Assembly (NCBI GenBank): GCA_045587865.1
Contig: JAZNDD010000180.1
Span: 6,353-70,352, forward strand
Reading direction: 5' to 3'
From: Faecousia sp.
GTDB taxonomy: Bacteria; Bacillota; Clostridia; Oscillospirales; Oscillospiraceae
Length of the DNA stretch: 64,000 nt
Both the position numbers and the translations under genes were made by a program. The notes below the pieces were generated by a model. The model saw only the letters and a program-made list of their open reading frames with translations. It had not been told where the DNA came from and ran no database searches. Positions 56,280 to 64,000 of the stretch are shown one piece after another (the first letter of the stretch is position 1; every line of letters begins with the position of its first letter).

Positions 56280-56756
56280 TTACTCCGGATAAACAAGCCG
56301 GGTACCCTCTATGGTCTCCAGCAGTGACGCATAGCGTCTGCCCCAGTAATTTGCCATAGGAAGATTCATATCCAGATAGTTACCGCAATCTTTAGCCGTT
56401 GCGCCGGGTATTTCATCGGAATAATTTGCTATGAACCGGAAACAATCTGTCACCAGTTTCAATACATCCCGGGAAGTATAGTCCCCTGTTAAAAGCAAAT
56501 AAAAACCGGTGCGGCAACCCATTGGGCCAAAGTAGAGGACTTTATCTTTCCATTGGGGCTCATTGCGTAAATATGTTGCTGCCAGATGTTCCATCGTATG
56601 GATCTCTCCGGTGTTCATTACCGGTTCTGCATTGGGATCGGTTATCCGCAGGTCAAAAGTAGTAACCGTTTGATCGCCCACCGGATCCTTACGGGAAACA
56701 TACAGACCCGGCTGCAACAAATTATGATCAATGGTGAAACTTGTAATTTTTTCCAT
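56280..56756 (-). CDS. luxS: S-ribosylhomocysteine lyase
   Basis: SFTIDH, HTMEH (HxxEH), GPMGCRTGFY, CGNY. Confidence 0.97.
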   Translation of the reverse strand: MEKITSFTIDHNLLQPGLYVSRKDPVGDQTVTTFDLRITDPNAEPVMNTGEIHTMEHLAATYLRNEPQWKDKVLYFGPMGCRTGFYLLLTGDYTSRDVLKLVTDCFRFIANYSDEIPGATAKDCGNYLDMNLPMANYWGRRYASLLETIEGTRLVYPE

Positions 56757-56890
56757 ATTCTCTCCTGATTCTTTGTTTTTTATCATTATAACCCAAAGAT
56801 TTGCGTTTCGCAATACCTGTAATTATTCTTGCTTTTTTCCGGCAATAAGGATATAATGAATATACAAGTTGCGAAAGGTGGTTTTGCGAA

Positions 56891-58324
56891 ATGGATGAAC
56901 AATTTAATCAGCCTTCCCGTCAAGTCACTCCCAGACGCAGAAAGCGCTCTAAAGTACAAATATTCAAGGAATCTTACTTACCCCTTGTGATTGCCGTTGT
57001 GGCAATTATTATGATTCTGATCTTTATAATCGGCTCGATCGTCCGAGGCGTACAGAAGAAACGATATAACGAAGCCTCCAGCATTGCCGCCTCCATTGCA
57101 CTGGAAGAAGAGCAGGCACGGCTTTCTGCAGAATCTCAGCGTCTTTTGACGGAAGCAGAACAACTGTTTAATGCATACGATTATCAGGGCGCAGTGAATG
57201 TTTTGAACAGTTTTTCCGGGGATATGAGTCAGTACCCTGCCATCGGGCAAGCGCTTTCAGATTATGAAGCAAAAATTGATTCTTTGGTTGCCTGGGATGA
57301 TCCCAGTAAGGTAGTCAATCTTTCCTTCCAAATGCTGATGGCTGATCCCATGCAATCCTTTACCCATAATACGTACGGCACAGCATTTAACCGGAACTAT
57401 GTTTCCACAATTGAATTCAGCAGAATTCTTGAGGAACTTTACCGCAATGGTTATGTACTGGTCCGTATGAGCGATTTGTATGCCACATCCGACGCAAACG
57501 GCACTGTATCCTACGCGCCCAAGACCTTGTATCTGCCCGAAGGCAAAAAACCCCTGCTGCTCACCCAAACCAATGTAAACTATAATATTTACATTGTTGA
57601 CGGCGACGGAGATAAACTCCCGGATAAAGATGGCGCAGGTTTTGCCTGCAAACTGGTTCTTGACAGTGACGGCAGTGTGACTTGTCAGCGCATTGACCGC
57701 AGCGGTCAGACAATTACAGGTAATTTTGATCTTGTACCTATTTTGGATGATTTTGTGCAGACACATCCGGATTTCTCCTATAAGGGTGCGAAGGCTGTGC
57801 TTGCCCTGACCGGTTATAACGGTCTGTTTGGCTACCGCACCAACTCCGGTGCCGAAGAAGATTTCGGTCTGGATGCCTACAACCAGGCTGTGGGCGATGC
57901 CATTCAAGTGGCTGCAGCCCTGCGAAACAGTGGATATGAATTGGCCTGCTACACATACGAAAATGTTCCCTACGGCCAGCGGGATGCTGCATCAATGGAA
58001 GCAGACCTGAACAAGTGGCTCAGTGAGTGTCTGCCCATACTGGGTCAAGTCGATACAATGGTGTTTGCACAACAATCCGACATCACCAACACCGATGTAT
58101 ACTCCGGTGAGAAGTTTAACACCCTGCAAAACGCGGGATTCCGGTATTATCTGGGCTTCTGTGAGGATGGCAATCCCTGGTCGATCATCGGCGAGAACTA
58201 CATCCGTCACGGCAGAATTCTGGTCAGCGGCTCCAATATGGACCACAACAGTCAGTGGTTTCGTGGTCTATTTGATCCGGAGTATGTACTGGATCGGGAT
58301 ACCCGCGGCGACATTCCTTACTAA
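56891..58324 (+). CDS. Membrane-anchored protein with a polysaccharide-deacetylase-like (NodB-type) domain
   Basis: Basic N-terminus, TM, coiled coil, then P.GKKPL.L, D.VP.LD.F...HPDFSY.GAK...ALTGY.G.FGYRT. Confidence 0.65.
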   Translation: MDEQFNQPSRQVTPRRRKRSKVQIFKESYLPLVIAVVAIIMILIFIIGSIVRGVQKKRYNEASSIAASIALEEEQARLSAESQRLLTEAEQLFNAYDYQGAVNVLNSFSGDMSQYPAIGQALSDYEAKIDSLVAWDDPSKVVNLSFQMLMADPMQSFTHNTYGTAFNRNYVSTIEFSRILEELYRNGYVLVRMSDLYATSDANGTVSYAPKTLYLPEGKKPLLLTQTNVNYNIYIVDGDGDKLPDKDGAGFACKLVLDSDGSVTCQRIDRSGQTITGNFDLVPILDDFVQTHPDFSYKGAKAVLALTGYNGLFGYRTNSGAEEDFGLDAYNQAVGDAIQVAAALRNSGYELACYTYENVPYGQRDAASMEADLNKWLSECLPILGQVDTMVFAQQSDITNTDVYSGEKFNTLQNAGFRYYLGFCEDGNPWSIIGENYIRHGRILVSGSNMDHNSQWFRGLFDPEYVLDRDTRGDIPY

Positions 58325-58335
58325 GCAGGTGCCGT

Positions 58336-58548
58336 ATGGAATTAAAACCTGGAAAATATCGCCATTTTAAGGGCAACGAATACCTGTTGATCGGCGTTGC
58401 CAATCACTCGGAAACACTGGAACCAATGGTCGTTTACAAGGCACTTTACGGCGATCAGTCCCTTTGGGTTCGTCCTGCAAAGATGTGGGATGAGATTGTG
58501 GAAAAAGATGGCTATTGCGGACCGCGGTTCTGCTATATCGACGAATAA
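58336..58548 (+). CDS. DUF1653-family protein
   Basis: GKYRHFKGNEY...A.HSET.E..VVYKALYG...WVRP..M. Confidence 0.92.
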   Translation: MELKPGKYRHFKGNEYLLIGVANHSETLEPMVVYKALYGDQSLWVRPAKMWDEIVEKDGYCGPRFCYIDE

Positions 58549-58586
58549 AAAAATTGCGTACTGTTTTTTACAGTACGCAATTTTTT
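58547..58586. terminator. Bidirectional terminator
   Basis: AAAAAATTGCGTACTG/CAGTACGCAATTTTTT. Confidence 0.85.
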
Positions 58587-60547
58587 CACTTTCCTCTCAA
58601 TTCAATGATCTGGTCGCGCAGAATGGCAGCATACTCGTATTCCATCATTCTTGCTGCTTCCTTCATCTGCTTTTCCAGACGGGCGATTTCCTTCTCCCGT
58701 TCTGCCTTTGTCATCTTCACACCGCTTCTTCCCTTTCGTTCTGCAGTGGAAGAAGATATTTCGATTAGGTCGCGAACGGATTTCATAATCGTCTTTGGTA
58801 CGATGCCATTTGCCTGATTGTATGCATCCTGAATCTGGCGTCTGCGTTTGGTTTCTTGGATTGCAGAAGCCATAGAGGGTGTAATATTGTCTGCATACAT
58901 CACCACAAGTCCCCGGGCGTTTCTGGCAGCACGGCCTATAGTCTGGATCAGGCTAGTCTCAGAACGAAGGAAACCTTCTTTATCCGCATCCAAAATAGCA
59001 ACCAGACTCACTTCCGGAAGGTCCAGTCCTTCCCGGAGCAAATTAATACCTACAAGCACATCAAATTTTGCCATACGCAGATCCCGTATGATCTCCATCC
59101 GTTCCATTGCACCAATATCGGAATGCATATACCGCACACGAATTCCGGCTTTCTGCAAATACACTGTCAAGTCCTCTGCCATCTTCTTGGTCAGCGTTGT
59201 GACCAAAACCCGTTCTTCATTTGCCGCTCGCTGGTTGATTTCCCTTATCAGGTCATCTATCTGCCCTTCAATGGGTCTTACCTCCACTTTGGGATCTAAA
59301 AGGCCTGTGGGACGAATAACTTGCTCCACTGTCTGTGCAGACCGCATCTGCTCATATTCTGCAGGCGTAGCAGAAACATATACCACCTGATTGAGTTTCG
59401 AGTCAAACTCCTCAAAGTTCAAGGGACGGTTATCGTAGGCAGACGGCAAACGGAAACCGTAATTTACAAGGGCATCCTTACGGCTTCTGTCGCCGGCATA
59501 CATTGCGCGGCACTGGGGGATCGTTACATGGCTTTCATCCACAAAAAGCAGAAAATCATCCGGGAAGTAATCCAGCAGTGTGGTAGGCGGTGTGCCCGGG
59601 GCTCTGCCCTGAATGACCCGGGAATAGTTCTCAATACCGGTGCAAAAACCGATCTCTGTAAGCATTTCCAGATCATAGGCTGTGCGCTGGGCAATTCGCT
59701 GGGCTTCCAACAGTTTATCCTGCTGTCTGAAAAACGCCACCTGTGCATCACATTCTCTTCGGATTTCTGCCATTGCCCGTTCCAATTTTTCCCGACTGGC
59801 TACATAGTGGCTGGCAGGATAAATGGCAATATGGTCAATATACCGTTCCACCATACCAGACACTGCGTTAATCTCGCTGATCCGGTCAACTTCATCCCCA
59901 AAAAATTCCACCCGTATCGCCCGTCCTGTCCAGTAAGCAGGGTAAACTTCCAATGTGTCGCCCCGAACACGGAATTTATTACGGGAAAAATCCACATCGT
60001 TTCGCTCATAGCGAATTTCTGTAAGTTTTCTGAGAATATCGTCCAAAGGGCGCTGCTGGCCTACCCGCAGGGAGATGACCATACTCTTGTAGTCGATGGG
60101 GTCACCCAGTCCGTATAAGCAACTTACAGAAGATACAACAATTACATCTGTGCGCTCAAACAGTGCTGATGTGGCACTGTGTCGCAGACGGTCAATTTCC
60201 TCATTGACAGCGGAGTCTTTTTCGATATAGGTATCCGTATGGGCTATATAGGCTTCCGGCTGATAGTAATCGTAATAAGATACAAAATATTCAACTGCAT
60301 TATTGGGGAAGAATTCTCGAAATTCACTGCACAATTGGGCTGCAAGGGTTTTATTGTGTGCCAGCACAAGGGTGGGTCTGTTAATATTGGCTATCACATT
60401 TGCCATTGTAAAGGTCTTACCGGAACCGGTTACGCCCAATAACACCTGCTCTTTCAATCCATTTTGGATGCCTTGTGTCAGTTTTTGAATTGCCTCCGGC
60501 TGGTCACCGGTCGGCTTGTAGGGCGCTTTTAATTCAAATCGGTCCAT
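58586..60547 (-). CDS. uvrB: Excinuclease ABC subunit B
   Basis: [62 protein letters not shown] domain. Confidence 0.98.
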   Translation of the reverse strand: MDRFELKAPYKPTGDQPEAIQKLTQGIQNGLKEQVLLGVTGSGKTFTMANVIANINRPTLVLAHNKTLAAQLCSEFREFFPNNAVEYFVSYYDYYQPEAYIAHTDTYIEKDSAVNEEIDRLRHSATSALFERTDVIVVSSVSCLYGLGDPIDYKSMVISLRVGQQRPLDDILRKLTEIRYERNDVDFSRNKFRVRGDTLEVYPAYWTGRAIRVEFFGDEVDRISEINAVSGMVERYIDHIAIYPASHYVASREKLERAMAEIRRECDAQVAFFRQQDKLLEAQRIAQRTAYDLEMLTEIGFCTGIENYSRVIQGRAPGTPPTTLLDYFPDDFLLFVDESHVTIPQCRAMYAGDRSRKDALVNYGFRLPSAYDNRPLNFEEFDSKLNQVVYVSATPAEYEQMRSAQTVEQVIRPTGLLDPKVEVRPIEGQIDDLIREINQRAANEERVLVTTLTKKMAEDLTVYLQKAGIRVRYMHSDIGAMERMEIIRDLRMAKFDVLVGINLLREGLDLPEVSLVAILDADKEGFLRSETSLIQTIGRAARNARGLVVMYADNITPSMASAIQETKRRRQIQDAYNQANGIVPKTIMKSVRDLIEISSSTAERKGRSGVKMTKAEREKEIARLEKQMKEAARMMEYEYAAILRDQIIELRGK

Positions 60548-60558
60548 TTTCAGTCTCC

Positions 60559-61458
60559 TCACGGATTGCAGCATTTGGCGGCTTCATACCCCTGACGGAT
60601 AACATCTTCCCTGTCGCCGGCGAACAGATCCCGGTTGCTATCTTTAACATCTTGTGCCTGGGTGCAATCTGCCTTGTGGAATTTGCGGGAACTCGTATTT
60701 AAAATATATTCTGCTTCTGCCTGCTCACCGGATGTGGTTTGCGTCTGGAGTTTTCCATTGCTGCTACTGTTTCCCGTTTTATAGTCAATGGTCACACCGG
60801 GTTGATTATTATAGACATATACATTAAAACAGATTCCTCCCCCGTTATCTTCAATGGACCAGGCCTCCATCTGAACGCCCCGGGCAACCAATTCATCCTC
60901 TGAAAATATCGGTGTAACCCGGTAGAGGACGTGGTGGTCAGTTTCTTTAATATAGTCTGCCACCATATTTTCAAAAGGCAGCATTCCCTCCACATTGCAA
61001 TAGCGGGTTCCGGTAATTAAGTTCAGTTCATTGGCATTTTCCCCGGTCAGTTGATAACCGATCAAATGGCAACGGTTATACAGACTTCCCCCGTCCACAA
61101 AATCATATTGTGCCTGGACCCAGCCGGAAGGTTTCACAGAACTGATACTCTCCCGTGCATCACTGGGCATCAAATCCCGTCCAAGACAAGCCATTGCGTG
61201 ACCGCATCTGCCTAAGGAATCCAGTTGAGAATAATATTCATAGGAATTTTTCGTAACATCATCTTCTGTAAATTCCGGTTGATTGTCATTAAGAACCACA
61301 TAAGGCTCCTGAGAAAATTCCGGAATATCGTCAAGGGAAACACTATATTCCCTTTTGGGCAACAACCGATCGCCAAAGAAAGTTATCACTAAGGCGATTG
61401 CAATCAGGGAAATTATAAATGACCAGGGACTTTTTTTCTCATTGTACGCTCTTCTCAT
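60559..61458 (-). CDS. Membrane-anchored DNA/RNA non-specific endonuclease with a C-terminal Ada-like metal-binding module
   Basis: [38 protein letters not shown]. Confidence 0.88.
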   Translation of the reverse strand: MRRAYNEKKSPWSFIISLIAIALVITFFGDRLLPKREYSVSLDDIPEFSQEPYVVLNDNQPEFTEDDVTKNSYEYYSQLDSLGRCGHAMACLGRDLMPSDARESISSVKPSGWVQAQYDFVDGGSLYNRCHLIGYQLTGENANELNLITGTRYCNVEGMLPFENMVADYIKETDHHVLYRVTPIFSEDELVARGVQMEAWSIEDNGGGICFNVYVYNNQPGVTIDYKTGNSSSNGKLQTQTTSGEQAEAEYILNTSSRKFHKADCTQAQDVKDSNRDLFAGDREDVIRQGYEAAKCCNP

Positions 61459-61862
61459 AATTCATACACCTCTTGGGTTATGCAAGGATGGGAATTGCCG
61501 GCAAAGTCCATCGTACTGACTATTTTTTTCCCGGACAAAAAGTCTTCCGGTAGTTTTACATCAGAAGGATAGTTTCGGTTCCAGCGATAAATTATCAGTG
61601 TGCTTGCCTTTGATAGGACTTTTGGTATATCTGAATTTTCCACGAAGCAAAACTCATCTTCTCCCATTTCCTCCAGAAAATTCTCACTCATACGGATATT
61701 GAATGTATTCCGGGGAAAGATGGATGCAGAATATCTATTCATCCAAAGAGTCTTTCCTCCGCAATGCTCCAAAATACGGTCACAAAGGCTGCTGTCCCGA
61801 CTTAAGCGCCGGTTGTTGAAAAGCAAACCGTTTTTATCGTCCAAACATATAAATACTGTCAT
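61455..61862 (-). CDS. Hypothetical protein
   Basis: CLDD..G..FN.RR.SRD, WNR.YP.D, FAG.SH..IT.EVY; translationally coupled in the radC-uvrB operon. Confidence 0.75.
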   Translation of the reverse strand: MTVFICLDDKNGLLFNNRRLSRDSSLCDRILEHCGGKTLWMNRYSASIFPRNTFNIRMSENFLEEMGEDEFCFVENSDIPKVLSKASTLIIYRWNRNYPSDVKLPEDFLSGKKIVSTMDFAGNSHPCITQEVYEL

Positions 61863-62566
61863 TGGTTTTCTCCAGACTCTATCATATTCCGAAAAGAATA
61901 GCCACGGGATTGAATAATGGAAACAAAATCCACATCTGAAAATACCAGGTGGTCTGCCAATGCGATCTCCACAGACTCAAGGGCTTTTACAAGTCTCTGG
62001 GTCGTCTGAATATCTTCACCGGAAGGGATCGCCAAACCGCTGGGGTGATTATGGGCAAGCACCACAGTGGTTGCATTTGCATTGATCGCCGTTTCTACAA
62101 TCTTTCGGATAGAAATGCTGGCAGAATTTACACTGCCCTCGCCAATCATTTTGCAGCACAAAACCTTACCTTTGGCATCCAAACAAAGCAGATATACAAC
62201 TTCCACCGATTTGCCCACAAAATAAGGCTGTAAATACTCTGCACATTCCCGCACACTTGAAAGCAGTTTCAGGCTATTATTCTTTGAAATTCCATAATAT
62301 CCCCAGGCAGATTTGAGCAGCGACAGAAATACTGCGATATTTTCCCCCACGCCGGAAACTTCCATCAGTTCCATCGGTGTAGCATCCAAAACTGCATCAA
62401 ATGATTTGAAATGTTCCAAAAGGCGATATGCCAACGGATTGGTATCCTTACGAGGCACGCAATAGAACAAAAGCAGTTCCAGGGCGTGTTTTTCGTCAAA
62501 ATTATCCAGTCCCTCTTTTAGAAACCGCTCCTTTAATCTTTGGCGATGACCGTTATGCATCGACAT
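61859..62566 (-). CDS. radC: RadC (HhH plus JAB/MPN domain)
   Basis: H.GHRQRL, ELLELLL, HhH (V.GVG), AHNHPSG...PS.ED...T, DH. Confidence 0.93.
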   Translation of the reverse strand: MSMHNGHRQRLKERFLKEGLDNFDEKHALELLLFYCVPRKDTNPLAYRLLEHFKSFDAVLDATPMELMEVSGVGENIAVFLSLLKSAWGYYGISKNNSLKLLSSVRECAEYLQPYFVGKSVEVVYLLCLDAKGKVLCCKMIGEGSVNSASISIRKIVETAINANATTVVLAHNHPSGLAIPSGEDIQTTQRLVKALESVEIALADHLVFSDVDFVSIIQSRGYSFRNMIESGENQ

Positions 62567-62669
62567 ATTTTCACCTCATTCGTGGATTTATCTTGCTATT
62601 TTTCATAAAATTCGTTAGAATAGATAAAAGAAGTTTTTTCTTGAACCCTGCGCCATAAGGAGGAAGAAT

Positions 62670-63716
62670 ATGGATCAAGAAAATATGGTCCGTTCCTTTC
62701 TGGAACTGATTGAACGCCCTGCGTTCTGTGTGTGCGACGGAATTGTTGTGCAAGTCAATCAGGCTGCCCGCCAAAAATTACTGGATGTGGGCACAAAGGT
62801 TTCTGATCTGCTTGCAGAGCATAAAACCGCATACGCAAATTTCCAGGGAGAAACACTGACACTCACCACCGTTATTTCCGGGGTTGCCCACAAGGCACAA
62901 GTCACTAAAATTGGAAATGCCGATATATTTGTGCTGGAAAACGATGATCCCCAGTTGCGGGCAATTGCACTGGCTGCTCAGCATTTGCGAAATCCCTTAA
63001 ACAGTGTCATCACTGTTTCAGAACTACTCTCCTGCGACGACTCAAAATATATGAGTCAATTGCAGCGTGGACTGCATCGCCTTCACCGGATCGTTTGCAA
63101 TATGTCTGACTCTTATCGCTATCAGCAAGACGGTGCATCTCATATGGAAGCCACCGATATTCCCAGTGTGATCAACGAATCTATGGAAGCCATCCGCACC
63201 CATTTGGAAAGTTGCGGTATTGAAGTGCAATACTCCGGCCTAAACACTTCTGTTTACGGTCTTGCAGATCGGGAAATGCTGGAGCGGGCAATTTACAATC
63301 TGGTTTCCAATGCGGTTAAGTTTATGATGCCTGAGAGCAAACTCACTGCAAAACTGACACAAACTGAATCACAATTTAGTTTCACATTGCAGACAACTAC
63401 TGAATCCCACAGTAGCCCGGGCATCTTCAAACGCTATCAGCGCCAGCCCGGTGTGGAAGACGGCCGGCACGGTCTTGGTCTTGGTATGCCGCTGGTTCGT
63501 GCGGTTGCCGCCGCCCACGGAGGAACGGTTCTGATTGATCATCCCGGTGAACAAGTCACCAGAATCACAATGACCATTTCCGTAATGGAATCTTCGGAGA
63601 ATGTGGTTCGCAGTACCGTCCGCCTTCCTGTAAGCAACTATGCAGGAGACCGGGATCGGGGACTTCTGGAACTATCCGAGATTCTGCCTGCTGATGCCTA
63701 TCAAAATATGGACTGA
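62670..63716 (+). CDS. Cytoplasmic histidine-kinase-like protein with degenerate H and G1 boxes
   Basis: QHLRNPL (H-box position), N box NLVSNAVKF, G2 GLGLGMPLV...HGG; no TM; terminator at 63722-63746. Confidence 0.8.
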   Translation: MDQENMVRSFLELIERPAFCVCDGIVVQVNQAARQKLLDVGTKVSDLLAEHKTAYANFQGETLTLTTVISGVAHKAQVTKIGNADIFVLENDDPQLRAIALAAQHLRNPLNSVITVSELLSCDDSKYMSQLQRGLHRLHRIVCNMSDSYRYQQDGASHMEATDIPSVINESMEAIRTHLESCGIEVQYSGLNTSVYGLADREMLERAIYNLVSNAVKFMMPESKLTAKLTQTESQFSFTLQTTTESHSSPGIFKRYQRQPGVEDGRHGLGLGMPLVRAVAAAHGGTVLIDHPGEQVTRITMTISVMESSENVVRSTVRLPVSNYAGDRDRGLLELSEILPADAYQNMD

Positions 63717-63754
63717 GAACATCCCCGGCCCGGAAACGGCCGGGGATCTCTTAA

Positions 63755-64000
63755 TTATAAATACCGCTTCAAATACATTCCGGTGTAACTACCCTGTGTG
63801 GCAGATACTTCTTCCGGTGTTCCGGATGCTACCACATAACCGCCACCGTCGCCGCCCTCCGGACCAAGGTCGATAATGTGGTCAGCTGTTTTAATCACAT
63901 CCAGATTGTGCTCAATCACAACCACTGAATTACCTGCATCCACAAGTTGCTGCAGCACATTGATCAGTTTATGCACATCTGCTGCGTGGAGTCCTGTGGT
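63755..64000 (-). CDS. uvrA: Excinuclease ABC subunit A, 3' end (partial)
   Basis: [43 protein letters not shown]. Confidence 0.95.
   Translation of the reverse strand, partial: TTGLHAADVHKLINVLQQLVDAGNSVVVIEHNLDVIKTADHIIDLGPEGGDGGGYVVASGTPEEVSATQGSYTGMYLKRYL

Noticed and set aside
61455-61862. Naming it ribonuclease Z
   Set aside because: No metallo-beta-lactamase HxHxDH motif and far too short
61859-62566. Mobile-element JAB/RadC anti-defence gene
   Set aside because: Full-length HhH+JAB chromosomal form inside a uvrB operon

Overview
Mostly core chromosome of a spore-forming, anaerobic Clostridia-class Firmicute. Gene content and synteny suggest Oscillospiraceae/Ruminococcaceae, which is my inference. 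Housekeeping blocks: GS-III, nrdG-dut, amino-acid ABC, ffs-dnaX-ybaB-recR, scpAB-ytfJ-dacB-rluB, pssA-psd, T-box-pheST, spoVAD/E, addBA, spoIIR/ispE, spoIIID, rlmH/rsmE, tRNA-Leu, luxS-pfs, radC-uvrB and the uvrA end. I found no integrase, transposase, CRISPR array or prophage. Most notable signals: (1) An unannotated 47-aa ORF at 36396-36539 that is 89% Asn/Gln, with Asn at every odd position from 3 to 45. It has its own RBS, sporulation-type promoter and terminator, so it is a candidate amyloid-like or nitrogen-storage spore protein. (2) A BspA-LRR/SLH surface-protein gene lying between two perfect 27-bp inverted REP-like copies. Its promoter sits between 18-bp inverted repeats (candidate invertible switch) and is followed by a leader terminator. 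(3) A multi-family REP-like cluster at 9.1-10.6 kb, where a promoter reads through a repeat into an AT-rich cassette of an orphan ORF tip plus a membrane-protein gene (integron-like layout). (4) SRP RNA apparently co-transcribed with acpP, with competing helices. (5) Several degenerate signalling enzymes. All family assignments come from motif recognition, not database searches.
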